A stretch of 64,000 nt of DNA. It comes from Eledone cirrhosa (taxonomy: Eukaryota). The DNA is taken from contig OZ024743.1 in NCBI GenBank assembly GCA_964016885.1, forward strand, positions 266,166,001 through 266,230,000, read 5' to 3'. Shown here one piece after another: positions 28,095 to 44,705 of this stretch; position 1 is the first letter of the stretch; every line of letters begins with the position of its first letter. The notes below the pieces were generated by a model. It made no database searches. It saw nothing but the letters and a program-made list of their open reading frames with translations, and was not told where the DNA came from. The position numbers were made by a program, and so were the translations under genes.

Positions 28095-28164
28095 ATACTT
28101 TATTATATATATATTTTAAGGTACTGTGCTGTTTGTTTCAGTACCTCCTCATCAGACAAAATAT
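28095..28164 (-). ncRNA. Degenerate HHR motif (GAAA mutated)
   Basis: atattttgt-CTGATGA-gg aggtactg..cagtacct-tAAAA-tatata-TA-ataaagtat. Confidence 0.5.
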
Positions 28165-28273
28165 ATGATTTGATATATGATATTCCGCTACGGTCTTGAT
28201 TATTCAATTCCCGTATTGGCAGTATTGTAAAACTGTATTCGTTGAGTAACCAAAGAACCATATTAATCTTTTG

Positions 28274-28303
<30 letters not shown>

Positions 28304-28308
<5 letters not shown>

Positions 28309-28502
28309 AACGAGTAGGACCCCGACGGCTGAGCTCAAGCCGTTTCGACGGCTAATTCTATTCCAGGAACAGAATTAGCCGTCGAAACGGCTTGAGCTCT
28401 GCCGTCGGGGTCCTACTCGTTCCTATTACCCACTCTACTATCCTAAGTTTTGAGTACTTTGGTGCGTTATGGTCCACCTGGTTCCTTACCATATTTCCTC
28501 CG

Positions 28503-28505
<3 letters not shown>
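28304..28505 (+). mobile_element. Short fold-back PLE end (palindrome 28304-28426, tail to 28505) in (TA)n
   Basis: ataggaacgagtaggaccccgacggc...gccgtcggggtcctactcgttcctat. The right arm holds the 3' half of an HHR (GAAA-cggc..gccg-TC-ggggtcc). Confidence 0.8.
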
Positions 28506-28548
<43 letters not shown>

Positions 28549-28615
28549 ATATGCCCCAAGGCTCTGATACCATCAACACCATAAACACAGAGCTGGCATA
28601 TCTAAGAACTGACTA

Positions 28616-28671
28616 ACTGCCTGATGAGGTCATAGCCATTCAATGGCTATCATCGAAATATATATAGCAGT
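28616..28671 (+). ncRNA. Type I HHR motif in a solo cassette (28547-28717)
   Basis: actgc-CTGATGA-ggtc atagcca ttcaa tggctat catc-GAAA-tatata-TA-gcagt. Confidence 0.88.
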
Positions 28672-30237
28672 AAATAAAAGATTATGAGTTCATGCAATTG
28701 CCTTATGTTTCGTCACTATATATATATATATATGTATGTATGTATATATATTTGTATATATATATATAATCACTTATATATATACATAGATATTTTATGT
28801 CCCATAAAATGTCTATGTATAAATGTGATTATACTGTGACGTGAACACATTCTTTCGACAGGTCAAAACTCATTTTCACCTCCATGATTTTCTAAAGGCC
28901 ATGTGGTTTCTCCTCTCCAAAAATTCAATCTATAAGCTTAGCTTAATTACCATTTTCTAAACTACATTCTGTATACTTGACTACTACAAATAAACACAAA
29001 TACACACACACGCAATATGCTTTACTACTTATCAAGTTAGATAACATGCTATCAAGTAAGTAAATGTCTAAACATTGTATACGTTTCATTTGATTCTGCA
29101 GATATTCCAAAAAATGAAATTCCATGCATGCCTACATTTACTCATTATGATAATATATAGAATTTTAGTAGACTATATTGGCATAAATATATATTTGGAG
29201 GGCGGGGCTCATTCAAAGTTGTAGTGAATCATGTATTACTTCCCATAGTCAGTAAATAACATGTATACATAGAAATAATTTTACTCTGTAAATCTTTATA
29301 TATATGATTATACGCTCAAGTAAAATTCCTCACAGTAGGCTTGATTCTTGTAAGACGTAATTAAAATCATTACAATTGTTTGAAAAAGAAATGTAGCATC
29401 GTTGAAGCACCGGTAAAGTGCCTTGCTGTATATGTTCCAGAACTTTACGCTATGAGTTCAATTCTAACTGAGATCACTTTTGCTTTTCATCCTCACGGGG
29501 TTGATAACCAGAAGTAACTGTTTGCGGCAGTATATTATCAGATATCTCAGTGCGTTAGACAAATTGCTTTGCGTTCTTAAGAACTGAGAGCCTAAACAGA
29601 TATGGCGAACGTGTTTTTATCTAGCCGATAAAACAAACGGTAGAGAGAAGAAAAACCAAATAACAGGCGTATCATTCCACGAACGTTCTAAACAAATACG
29701 TTTGGTGTGGCCATCACCAGCGTTATCATAATCGTAATTACGACCATTTAGTCAGCTGTATTGCCATCCGAAGAGTGATCGGTCACAATAATATGAAAAC
29801 TCCAACGTCATAGCGTATTAGATAAAGTTTAGCGTTTCCTTTTCTTTTCCGACTAAAATAAAATCGTAGATAATAATTTTACAAATGTCTAGACAGTTTT
29901 CAGTCAACCATAAAATATGGTTTGCACTTATTTGGTAAATATATGTTTACTGTTTTCAACTGTCATTTGGCGGTATATGAAATCATTCTTTTGCTAGAGA
30001 CGAAGAACTGAAGAACACAGAAATAGAGAGCAAGAGCGAGGGAGGAGGGAAGGAGAGAGCGAGAGACAGAGAGAGAGAACGAAAGAGTGGCAGAAATATA
30101 TTGTAACACACACAAATAAATGCAGGCATATATGCATATTCCGACGCAAACCTGCAACCGATGCAGGCATATATAGCCAAAACTGCTTATACATGGAGGT
30201 ATATATGGGCATATGCATGACTATGTATATATGTATG

Positions 30238-30301
<64 letters not shown>

Positions 30302-30396
30302 CATACATATATATGCATGTATCTGTATATATATGTGTCTACGTGTGAGTGTGTGGTACATAACACAGAAACGTACACACACAGATGCACAAACTC

Positions 30397-30430
<34 letters not shown>

Positions 30431-30532
30431 GTGTGTGTGTGTGTTGACCCACGTAGGGTCAGGGAACGCCACAGTATGTAAGGTATTCAATACATAAGTA
30501 GAGTGAGAACAAAGAAAATTAATTATAGAAAA

Positions 30533-30593
30533 CGCTTCTACAGGGCTAGACCTGTTTCATTTGCATTAAATCATCAGGAGTGCTCTATAGAAG
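30533..30593 (-). ncRNA. HHR motif (57-62 kb family relative)
   Basis: gcactc-CTGATGA-tttaatgcaaat-GAAA-cagg tctagc cctg-TA-gaagcg. Stem I is weak. Confidence 0.65.
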
Positions 30594-30615
30594 CTCTTTC
30601 TATATCAAACATTCG

Positions 30616-30651
<36 letters not shown>

Positions 30652-31007
30652 CATAGAATAAGTAAAAGAAGTAAGATAAGGACACCGAGATCATGATAAT
30701 CAATATATTTAAATATTCTTTTCATTTTCACTTATTATTTTCATTATTCTTTTATTTTCCTTATTTTGGAGATTAATATTTTCAATATTTTGTTCATGTT
30801 CCTTTTTTTTTCTTTTTACCCCGACTAATACACAACCAGCTTTTACATAAAAGTAAAAGAAAGCGTTAATCTTGATACATTTTTGTCTCCAATGGTAGAA
30901 GTCTTGGAAAAGTTGGCTACGAAAACGAAAAGTTGGTTATTCTGTATGATTTCATTTATTTTTTTACTTAGCGCTTTGTTTTCATATAATTTTGAAACTT
31001 TGGTAAC

Positions 31008-31082
<75 letters not shown>

Positions 31083-31190
31083 AAATACATTCTAGAAACT
31101 GCCTATTCTTTGAATAACGGATGTGAATTCTAATGAAGGTATTTATAAGCAGATGTCTCATTTTCACTCTGTTAAATAATCTCTATTTAT

Positions 31191-31239
<49 letters not shown>

Positions 31240-31702
31240 GCCATATCTATAGTCAATATTCTACAAATGGAATGGCAGTTGCATAAGGAGTCTAGCAAAA
31301 TATGGAAACGACGTGTCCTCTCCTGTCATAATTATGAATGCAATTATCCAAGATTTTTCTATTTCGAAAGGGTATTTAACACGCCTTTCTCGTCGGGTGA
31401 GTGCAATATTGATAATACGTATAAGAAATTCATCTCTTAAATGAAAAAAAAATCACAAACCAAAATCAGAAAAACCAAATGAAATCTCTTTTTTTTATAT
31501 AGCCTTCTATTGTTAAAATCAGATTTGTGCTACGTGCATACATACATACACACACACATACACACACACACACACAGGAATACAGACACAAACACACACA
31601 CACATATATATATATGTATATATAAGTATATATATATATATGGGTATATATGTATATATATATACATGCATTCAGACATACACCTATACATATGGGTGTA
31701 TA

Positions 31703-31739
<37 letters not shown>

Positions 31740-32107
31740 CACACACAGCTATTCATGGTTCGTATTTATTTCATCAAGCTGTTTATTTTCATCAATAGTA
31801 AATTTTATTTTGGTTTTGATTTTGAAATTATATGAAAATAATTTTGTTCGATACATTTTTAGATTTTTGTTGCCAAGACATTACCTATTTCATCGAAGGT
31901 TTTTTTTCTTTATCCTGTTTTGTCATGTTATTTTTTTCAGGATTATATTTGCTTGATTTCTTGATTGTGATTATACAGCAGTATGAAATCTTATCTTAAA
32001 ATATATACGTATGCCTACGGACATACATAAACACCCCATATATACATACATACAGACATACATATATATATATACATACAAACACATATATATATGTACA
32101 AATATAT

Positions 32108-32180
<73 letters not shown>

Positions 32181-32181
32181 A

Positions 32182-32739
<558 letters not shown>

Positions 32740-32754
32740 TATATATATTTATGT

Positions 32755-32814
<60 letters not shown>

Positions 32815-33074
32815 ACTTACACATATATATATATATATATGCATATACATTGAATTATTCAGTCACTCACAATCATATAATTATGTGTATGTTTGTATTA
32901 TTCATATACAGTCATATGTTGTTATTCATATCTATATTCTTATGTATTTATATAATGATACATAATAATGCTGTGTGCACATTTATGTGTATATGTCAGC
33001 GCATGTCTTATATACATTTATATCGATGCGATTGTAGATATATAATTGTATGTATAAATGCGTGCATGCAATTC

Positions 33075-33132
<58 letters not shown>

Positions 33133-33155
33133 GCACACACATATATATACACACT

Positions 33156-33233
<78 letters not shown>

Positions 33234-34145
33234 TATATATATATATATATAAATATATATATATACATATATATATATACATGTCTATTTATATATGCAT
33301 ATACATATATTTATATATATATATATATACATGCGCACGCACACACTTATATATCTATATCTATATATCTGTATCTATATATATATATAGATTATATGTA
33401 CGTGTGTGTGCGGCGCATGTGTGTGTGTGTGATTATCTGTGTGTGTGTGACACACTGACACATAACTGTATCTCTTTCATATAATCTTTGAAGTATTGGA
33501 AAAGAAATCAAAATTTAAAAACCATATCTTTGCTGCTGATATATCTGTAACTTGATTAATATATGTTGTTGTATATCCTTTACTGGTACGTCTGCTGCCG
33601 ATAAGTGTATGAAGGTTTGGTTTGCCTTCGACACTTAAACCAGATATTACCACGTAAAGCGCTGTCTGAATCCATTTACAAAATGAAGTTTTATACATAT
33701 TAATAATTATACAGAGTATCAGATCATAATCCCATCATTAATTCATAAGAAGAGAAAGGAATAACATTGATTATCGAGAATGCTAAGCTGGTGAATTATG
33801 TTCTCAAATTATAATGACATGATTGAAATTCGAAATCATGAAATGAAAGTGATCGTTTCAAATGCTTTGATGTTGTGGTCTAAAAGTATAAATAATAATT
33901 TTTATAAAAATGGTCAAGCTGATGCACTAGGCGATGAGAAGGATGATGATGATGATGATGATGATAATGATGATGTTTAATATGATTATATTTATAATAA
34001 GTAACAGGTGGTGGTATTTTGAAGAAATATATATTAATAGATTCATGAAAAGTATATTGGCGGGAAAAAACGATGGCATAACAGATAATTGTTAAACAGC
34101 GACAAAACATAATCAATGCCGTTGACATAGGTTATTGAAATAGTT

Positions 34146-34208
<63 letters not shown>

Positions 34209-34257
34209 AGGGCGGTGCCCCAGCATGGCCTCAGACGGATGGCTGGAACAGGTAAAA

Positions 34258-34345
<88 letters not shown>

Positions 34346-34753
34346 AAAAGTATTTTATTATCTATGGCAATGGAGAGGTGAAAATTTAAAAGAAAAAACA
34401 TTGGTATCAATGTATCACGTGTCTGCCGCCCGTGATTAACTTGATTGAATGAAAAAGTAAATGTAACCAGAAAGGAGAATCAGAAAAAAAAAACAATTAC
34501 ATCTGTACTCTCTCTGTATCTTTTGTCAATATTTCTTCTCTTCACCCAGAATACGGAGTTAATTAAAAGTAAGGCATCATTTCGAAGAATCTGATCAGTA
34601 TATTTGATATATTTTTTGAAATATATTTTCTTTCTTTAATGTTTATTTCATTTTTCATAATTTTTCTTTAAATTATATTCTTTTCTTTATCTTTTTAGTA
34701 AATTCAGTTCCATTATTTTTTTTTCTTAAATTAATATTATTATTATTATTAAT

Positions 34754-34844
<91 letters not shown>

Positions 34845-35212
34845 TATGAGACCATTAATTCATTAAAACAATATTTTGTCATAAAATGCCAAAAAATTAT
34901 TTCACTGTGTTCTGTTTATTTTTTTCTTTATTTTTGTTTGTTTGTTGATTTTATTTTGTTTGAAACGTAAATCTTTAATTTATTCTGTTTCGAATTCTTA
35001 ACATTTTTTTTCTTTCATTCATTTATATTTTGTAGGATCATGCATGAGTCAGTATCATTTGTTATTTTCTTCTTTGATTTTATTCGTACGCACCCACACA
35101 CAAACACGGAAACATTTATATATATATATAATTTATTTATACATATCCATACGTACACACACACACATATACATACCGTTACACAAATATATATATACAC
35201 ACACACACACAG

Positions 35213-35329
<117 letters not shown>

Positions 35330-35364
35330 TATGTGAGTGCAAATGCGTGCGTGTTTGTAATATA

Positions 35365-35481
35365 TAATTGTTTCTACTTTTGGCACAAGGCGAGCAATTA
35401 CCCAGAACATTACTAGTACTTTATTTTATCGACCCCGTAAGGATGAAAAGCAAAGTTAACCTCGGCGGGATTTGAACTCAG
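35365..35481 (-). mobile_element. SINE, 5'-truncated
   Basis: Reverse complement of the B-box-to-tail segment of the SINE. Confidence 0.8.
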
Positions 35482-35605
35482 ACCGGTTATATAACGGTTA
35501 TATATGTATATATAATAACGGTTATATATGTCGAATCTACCGACCTATATATACACACACACACACAGATATATATATATATATATATATATATATTACA
35601 GAAGA

Positions 35606-35653
35606 GTTTCTACAGGACTAGAACTGTTTCATTCGTGAGAAATCATCAGGAAT
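35606..35653 (-). ncRNA. HHR motif as a roughly 60-bp insert in (TA)n
   Basis: ttc-CTGATGA-tttctcacgaat-GAAA-cagttctagtcctg-TA-gaa. Confidence 0.7.
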
Positions 35654-35776
35654 ATGTATATTTATATATATATATATATATTTATATATATTTATATATA
35701 TTTATATATATATATATATATACATATATAAATATGCATATCTATATATAAATATACATATATATATATATATATG

Positions 35777-35861
<85 letters not shown>

Positions 35862-36378
35862 TATATACACATACATAAATATATATATATAAATATATAT
35901 ATAATAATATACATACACATATATATATATATATATATATGTGTGTGTTTGTTTGCCTGTGCGTGTGTATGTGTGTGTGTGTGTGTGTGCGCGCCAGCGT
36001 GTGTGTGTACGGTAGTGAAGTCCTTACATGACATTGCTAAATATTTGTTTGCTTCATAATAGATTTCAATTAATTAAGTTTTATTTTCTGCAACGTTTTC
36101 TTGAAATATATTATAATTATTTAGGCATCACTGCACGCTTTGCATGATGTTAATTTTTCATCTAAAATTGCATACTATATGTTTTATTTCCCTTACATGT
36201 ATCTTAATTCCCGATGATTTTTTGATTGATCACGAAAGCAAACCAATGAACTTAATCCTCTCTTACAAAGAAAAAAAAAGACGTTACCTTCACTTTCAGA
36301 ATATAAAGATTTGCGTAGCTTTTCTATATTCAGATATAATTACATTAACACTAATCTGTATAAGTATCAGCATACATA

Positions 36379-36464
<86 letters not shown>

Positions 36465-36474
36465 CAAACATATA

Positions 36475-36531
<57 letters not shown>

Positions 36532-36556
36532 CATACATGTGAGCGTGTTTCTGTAC

Positions 36557-36614
<58 letters not shown>

Positions 36615-36653
36615 AATTTGGACCCGATGGTGGAGCTCTCCCCGTCATTTATA

Positions 36654-36711
<58 letters not shown>

Positions 36712-36755
36712 ATAGTTTATATATATTTATGTAGATACTTGTGTAAACAATAGAC

Positions 36756-36814
<59 letters not shown>

Positions 36815-36961
36815 CGTTGACAGATATATCAATATGCCCAGACATGCAGATATATTGCCCTTGGTATGTCATTGTCGTTTTAGCTCAATGTAGGATAACT
36901 AGTATACTACAGAGCCGTTATAGTTATAGGAATAACCCAAGAATGCTTAGAAATACATTGT

Positions 36962-37020
36962 TTTATTAGCTAACAGTATTTCATCCATACACCATGGCAG
37001 GAATCATCAGAGCCTATAAA
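36962..37020 (-). ncRNA. HHR motif at the 3' end of a probable decayed PLE (about 36880-38100)
   Basis: tttataggct-CTGATGA-ttcctgccatggtgtatggat-GAAA-tactg-TT-agctaataaa. A weak LYLLCYSC../RYIG*T GIY-YIG-like trace lies near 37920-37975 on the same strand. Confidence 0.55.
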
Positions 37021-39101
37021 CATGAGTATATCTGTAGTTGCATGCTCCATCGGTCTGCGTCACCAGAACAAGGTTAAAGGACCAGCAGGGTGGGGGGTCC
37101 CGAGGTCGGCGCTATTTGGAAAAAGACAGAATACATGATGCACATAATGTCATAAAATGTCTTAAAAATGTTTAAATTAAAAATTACACCAAAAAGTTAT
37201 CACTTAAATAGTGCAATAGATGATAAAGAGGTTGGGAGAGGGTAGCAAGGGATGAGTGAGGGTATTACTCAGCATAATCAGAAACAATAATAAAATAATA
37301 AAAAAATAATAGGAAAGTACAAAAATACAGGGATGAGAAAAGAGATAAATATAAAAATACAAAACAATAAAGGAACAAAAAGCGGGGAAACCCGCCAAAA
37401 ATATAAGACAGAGCAAAGCATAGATGCATCAAAGCACAAGCAGTGCAAAAATAGTGTCTACAGGCAGATCAAGAGAGTTTGCAAGCATGAGTCTGTGAAA
37501 AGAATAGTTGGTCAGCAGTGGTGCTGCCTTACATGTATGATAGTCCATATGAGGGATGGTGTACTCCAATTATATCGCCTTGTAACAGGTCGATTTTCCT
37601 TATCATATCCGCACCCTACGAACCACATCGATATATTCCAGTTCCGAACGTTAAGTGAGATAATACTATTCTTCCAAACCCATACCCAGGGGATTTATCA
37701 CCATAGGCGGTCTGGGATATACACCTAAGATCTAAAATAAAAAAATAAAAGAAAGTACGACGAGTTAAAGAAATGTATGATACATATACAGCCGGCACAG
37801 ATGTAAGGAAATTGAAAACACGCCAGGTCCTCAGAAACTGGCATTCCCCAAAATCCTCACGTTCGGTCGCTCAATCCAACGGGCCATGTGAAATTCACTG
37901 TATGTGCAAGTTGGCGTTCAACCAATGTATCGCCCCGCATACAACTGTAACATAGTAAATACAAATCGTGATGGCTATCCCGTTACATATAGAGAAAAGT
38001 GTATATAGGAAACTCCGATTCCAGAATCACATATGGCAGAATGAACATATTGTTATAATAATAGGCGGGTTTATTATAGTGAGTGCACATTTCTGTAGAA
38101 TATATAGATATATATAGAAGGGAGAACTCACAACCAAACCTGTCAATGACAGCTATGTTATTTATATTTCCGCCACGTGGTTTTCGTTTAGATTATTGAC
38201 TCCGGGGTTTGCAATCCATTCACAGTCGGGTGTGACCCCTCCTGGGTCGGCAGGAGTTCAATATCCAGTGCTGGACTTTGCCTTGAGTGTGGTTCTATAA
38301 TTCATCAAAGCTGGATCACAATTCATATTCAACTAACTCCGACTCTCAAAGATTAGTCTCTCGAGAGACTTTGCATATCCTTTGGCATATATCCTTCCAA
38401 TATCGATAAATCATGTTCTGTCGCAATATATTTTCCTCCGTTCACCTCTATCACTCCCTATCCTTACTGTAGACGAAATTGGGAACAGGATCACCAGGCT
38501 TAAATAAATTGCCCAAGAAACGGTATATGAAACGACAGTGTCCCTGCAACCCTCCGTGAGTTACAGGCTCATCCTCGTGCGTACTCGTGTTCAATTACTC
38601 AGCAACGTTTATGTGATCCTTGCGCTACAGTTATATTTCGTGTAAGAATAAGAGTGAAGTTGGTTATGAAATATTTACAGGTAGTGATCTCTCCATAGAT
38701 GACATAGTTATGGTGGTGTTCACGTATTTATAGCAAATAACATACAAGCATGTGAATGGTTCTAATTCTGGCAATTTTGGGAGGGCAGAAAATCGATTAA
38801 ATTCACCTCAATAATCGAACGATTTTATCAACATACATCACAATGCTTCTACAGTGAAAATAATATTGGTTTTCTTTCAGCTACCCCTCTACGTTTCCTG
38901 TCTCCTGGTTTCTTCCTCTCACTCATTATATATATATATTTATTAAAATATGTTATATATCGAGCCCTTTTTGTATTTTAGTCTTCACATTTATTTTTAT
39001 TATATAAATATAACTGCATGTATCTCATCTCTCTTTCTCTCGCTTTCACTTACTCTTTTCCTGTCTCTCCCTCTCTCTCTCTTTCTCTCTGTCTCTCTCT
39101 C

Positions 39102-39188
<87 letters not shown>

Positions 39189-40702
39189 CGCGTGAGAGTG
39201 TGTGTGTGTACATATGATGTGTAAATGTGAGAAAATATATGCCCACACGTGTGAGTAGAGAATGTTAACTTTTTTCTAGTAACACGTATCTTTAGAATTA
39301 GAATTCTTCCCCTGAGGCCATTTGTAAATATATTTAGAAAAAGAACCAATTTTTACAGAAGGGTTTTCGATTGTAATTTTTTTCTTTTCGTTATTTATTT
39401 TTCATCGTCTAATTATTTCTTCTTTTGTCATTCTCTGTCAACTGAATATAGAAGATACCAGGAAATTGTTGGAAAATTATTTCTAGAAAGAAACTCCAAT
39501 TACCTTTGTTCTCTAAATGCGATTTAAAATATTCTAGTTGCTGAATAAACAATTTATTAAAGACATACTCGATGATTCTTCACGCAGAATGGCCAAATGG
39601 GTACGAGGTTTCCTCAGCAAACATTAGGTCTCGCGTGCGATCCAATTGCCTCCCATATTGGGCATGGGTGACCCACCAAAGCCCTGTCAACTCAGGCTTT
39701 ATGAATGAAAATGTCTTGACAGAAACTGTTTGGAAGCCCGTCTGATAAAGTACCTGTAATTCAAAGAGCCAACTTTGTCTTAATCTATGTGTGCTTTACG
39801 TTTACGTTACATGTGCCTATGAAATGTTAAACCGCATACATGCCAATTTCATGAGCAGTATATTTCGTTGATTGCATAATTGGAACACTCATCTTTAAAC
39901 ACGACGGCGGTCCATAATAGAAGAAACGAAGAAATTGTTGGAAAATTATTTTTAAAAAAATTCATTTACTTTCTTTCTTTAAATACGATTTTCAAAGAAG
40001 TAATTCGTATCATTCAATACAGAATATATTACAGTCATCAGCTGCCGAGTAATTAGTTAAACCAAGCTGACATATATTGGTATTCAGGTCCACATCATAG
40101 GGGATTACGTCATAAATTTGTCATTTTGCATTTAATAGTAGTTTACCATCCGTTTAGATAATTACTTTTCTTTTGTTCAATCAACTAAAAAACCCGACCA
40201 ATTAAACAAAGTTGGATGCATATTCCAAAGACACGCATATCTCTCAATATAATTCCCAAATCAAGTTAGCGTGGCACAATAAATGTTGAGGTTTGATTTT
40301 TGAATTACAAATCGAATTCGTCCGAACTGATTTTTGTTATGGTTCTGTCTGAAAGGATTTATCAACTACGCCGCTATGGTATAAGGCAATTGTCGAAAAT
40401 AGTTATGACGAAAAAGGAACGAACATCTTGATTGCGAAAATGTCACTCTCTTGACAATTTATACTTGATATAATCCACACAGATATGAAACACCTATTAA
40501 ACGTTCTGTCTGAACAGAAAGCAGGAAAAGGTTTTGGTGTGGCCCCCTAAACTACCAGAGTTTGCAGTAAATGACACCACAAATTCCACATTACCTTCTT
40601 TTGTTACACATTTGATAATGCCCTACATAACCCTAATCGGGCTAGTGACAACTGCAATACTTACACACACATATATATATATATGTACACACACATACAC
40701 AC

Positions 40703-40791
<89 letters not shown>

Positions 40792-42613
40792 TGTGTGTGT
40801 GAGCGTGAGTGTGTGTGTATGCATGTGTGTTTGTGTGTGTGTTAATAATTATATTTTTTACAAAACCTGTCAGGATTAACTGTTAGAATTTAATTCCTTA
40901 AAATATATAGTTCGTCTTAAATATTTTCACGAATGATGTAACCCAGTGTGTTTGCAAGTATTGCATTGTTTTAATTACTTTGCAATTTCATACACCTACT
41001 AGGTGATTTCTTATTTGATTATCAAGTATTCTTTAAGGCGAATGATTGATGGGTAATTATAGAGTTGCACCTGAATGAAATTATGTAATTTTCCCAGAAA
41101 ATAAAAGTTTAGCAATATGGCATAGAATTTATAACTTAACGTAATAAATACCATGCACTGTAGGCATAATAGTGGGGGTAAATATTTCAAAGGCACACTT
41201 TTCATATTCCAGGTATAGTGAAGTCTCAAATTTGAGAATTGAGAAAAATTCCTAATTTTATTAAGTAAGAATATGCATGATGAAACATTTCTCGTCGAAA
41301 AAATATGTAAAACAGCCAGAGGAATTTTAAAAGAAATTATTACAAAAACCCACGAAAACCTTAGCAATGAAATAAGTATATTGAAGTCGCCCAAAATTTG
41401 GAGAAAATTATTAGCTGTACTGGGAAATATTATAATAAAACGTCATTTTCCAGTAATAGTCCGAAAATGTTCCACTAAATATTAATAAAAATAATAACAA
41501 TACATCAAGTATAGAACGCCTACATAAGGAGTTTAAGTGTGAAATAATAATTGAAATACTGACAAAAATATAATACAATTTCAAAGCATTAACGTAAGAT
41601 TTTTGTGTAAAATGACTTTTCCACAAGTAAAATTCAAGAATCTGATCCTCTTCGTTATATGTATTTGAATATGTATTTTATTACCATATTAAATAGAATA
41701 GCCATATTGAATAGAATGGCCTTGAAACATATGTGGATTAAATAGAACTATCCTTCTGGGTAGAATTCATCCCTCTCTTTCGGTTTCTGTATATACGAGA
41801 GATTGCTTCACTAAGGGACCTATTCATGTATTCATAACTTAGGATGATTGATATTTAAAATATAAATACACATCCATTCATTTAATAGGTAAATTTAGTT
41901 ATGCTTGGAAAATTCTATTCCAAAGGCTTTTAAAAAATATCCGTATAGTTGTATTATTTAACTTAGAAATATACCAAATACTTCATAGGTATGAGAATTT
42001 AAAATAGCCATATATATATATATAGTCTGTAGCTGTTTGCAATATGTACAGAAAGTAATTAATGAATTATTTGTCTGTTATATAGTATTTGTTTGCATAT
42101 CGTTGTATATATATATATGTCACTAAACTTTTGCCAGAATGTTTCAAACTAGTATAATTTAAATTTAACAAGAATATTGATATATAAAAACCATAGTGAG
42201 ATAAGAAAATATTTCACATTACCAACGATATTACAAGATATTAGGGTGCAAAAATGCATTGAGGTGTTAACTTGGAAAAGATAATGCGGTTTTCAGCATT
42301 TATGAATAGGCTTCTAGTAGAGTGCCCTCAAGAAAGCTGACATGGATGAATTATTTGTCAGTGTTCATCTTACATTCCAATGTTTTGATAGTGGCTTACC
42401 GCCATAAATATAAAGCAGACAGCGAATCAATCAGTGAGACGCAGTAAAAGAAGGCACACAGTGCAAGTTTACTTTACACAGGTTGTGAGTTGAATCATTT
42501 TCGACATTTGTATTTATTTTGAGATAATATCGAGAGTAGTTAATGGCAATATAGACTTGTGCAATATAGATTAAAATAAGCAAAGACTGTAAGATGGGAT
42601 TATATATATATAT

Positions 42614-42798
42614 ATAGGAAAATGTTCCGGACCCCGACGGGAGAGCTCAAGCCATTTCGACGTCTATTTCTGTCGAAACGGCTTGAGCTTTGCCGTCGGG
42701 GTGCTGAACATTTCCCTATTACCCACTCTACTACCCAAAGTATCGAGTTCTGTGGTGCGTTATGGTCCACCTGGTTCCTTACCTCACCCCTTTCGTTA
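42614..42798 (+). mobile_element. Short fold-back PLE end (palindrome 42614-42719, tail to 42798)
   Basis: Same family and tail as 28304-28505, with a shorter centre. Flanked by (TA)n. Confidence 0.78.
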
Positions 42799-42928
42799 TA
42801 TATATATATATATAAATATATTTATATATATATATATATATGTGAAAGCTAAACAGAAATAACAACACAATCGGTACAGTATATGGAAGGGATATATTAG
42901 GTTAACGCTTGATATAGCAGGAAGAGGG

Positions 42929-42964
42929 TCTTAAAGATTCGGACGCCAGTCCTTCATCAGAAGA
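42929..42964 (-). ncRNA. Degenerate minimal HHR motif
   Basis: tctt-CTGATGA-a ggac tggc gtcc-GAAt-cttt-aaga. Confidence 0.45.
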
Positions 42965-43070
42965 AAGAATGAGAAATAAGATAGACTGAGGAGACCGGCG
43001 GGTTGTAATTGGAAAAATATGACTTTAGATAAAAATAACATGTCCAATCATATTGACATCTCTTGCATAC

Positions 43071-43145
<75 letters not shown>

Positions 43146-43150
43146 TGAAA

Positions 43151-43254
43151 TTACCAATTAAAATTACAGTGAAATATTACATTGTAACCTCATATATATA
43201 TATATATATATATGAGGTTACAATGTAATATTTCACTGTAATTTTCATTGGTAA
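43151..43254. repeat. Inverted repeat centred on a (TA)n tract
   Basis: ttaccaattaaaattacagtgaaatattacattgtaacctca-(TA)n-tgaggttacaatgtaatatttcactgtaattttcattggtaa. Confidence 0.85.
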
Positions 43255-43780
43255 CTCGAGATAAGCTTGATGAACTTTACTGTCCTCTTTTCTTCAAGAG
43301 GGAAAAGGGAAAGGACCTGGAGGAATTAGGGATAATTCAGGTAGCAGAGCATTTAACATTCGAATATTGAGAAAGTCAAGTATAGGATATTGTTATTTAT
43401 TCCTACATCTTTACTAACGTGTTAATGCAGTTAGTATATCGCTGTATGGAGCGCAAATCCCAAATTACACTGCTTCCATATTTGCAAAAGCTTATGCTAA
43501 ATTTGCGCGTGAGGTTTTAACCGCTCGCCTGAATGTCACGTACTCTGAATCCTCTCTTGTTCTTTTATCTTGATATTTATCTTATGTAATTAATTTTATT
43601 GTTATTCTGTTCTATATAATTTCTGAGGAGAAACGGTTAGGATAAAGCACCCAAAATGAGGTTAATTGTTAACTGCTAATCTCAAGTTTCTCCACAAATC
43701 GATGTGATATTCTAGCCGCGTTGAAACGTTCGTATAGATGTTAAAAGAAATAATAATATACCATCTTTGGCTTCCTTAAA

Positions 43781-43843
<63 letters not shown>

Positions 43844-44615
43844 AGACCAAAATTTATCTGGATTAACAAGAAACCTCATCGTACAACAATTATTTTTGCA
43901 CGTACTATAGAAATCAATACCTGCTTGCTTAAACTGATCTTAAGTTATAAACTTATGTTTGCAAAGTATAGTTGCTGAGTCCGCGCTGAAGCTGGTGGCT
44001 CCAGGGATCTTCGAAATGATCAATATATTCACTGCCTGTCATGAGAAATGTACTATTATTGCTGTAATAGATCTTATTGGCTAATGAGCCATCATGTCTG
44101 TGTCAGTAGCTTTAATAACATATATCGTACATATAGTCAAGTTTCTGCGCAACAAGTGATTAACAGGTTCAATCATGTTGTGGTTTCGTATATATCAAGT
44201 CATTTAGCTGTAATGATCGATGTTACACAATAACAAGAAAATGAACCAGCAAACATCGCATTCTCTGATCCGAATTCATAACATATAATTTAACTTCGTT
44301 AGTACGGTGAACGAATCCTGTTTAGACTAAGACTGGGTTGGGGCACCCAAAGGTTTTTCTTTTTAATAATATAACATTTGGTAATACGCTCAAATGACGT
44401 CATTTTGGTATTATTCTTATATTTTATTTAAAATATTTTCTTTATCCACAATATAAAATATAGCTCACGTACGTGTGTGGTAACGATTTTTTTTCAAAAT
44501 TATGGATAACATTTGAAGAAATATCGATATATTAAATCAGTTTTAGAAGTAAAATATGAATCATAATTGCTGGTTCACTTTGAAGTGTATGTGTGCGTGT
44601 TTACATGTGTGTGTA

Positions 44616-44705
<90 letters not shown>
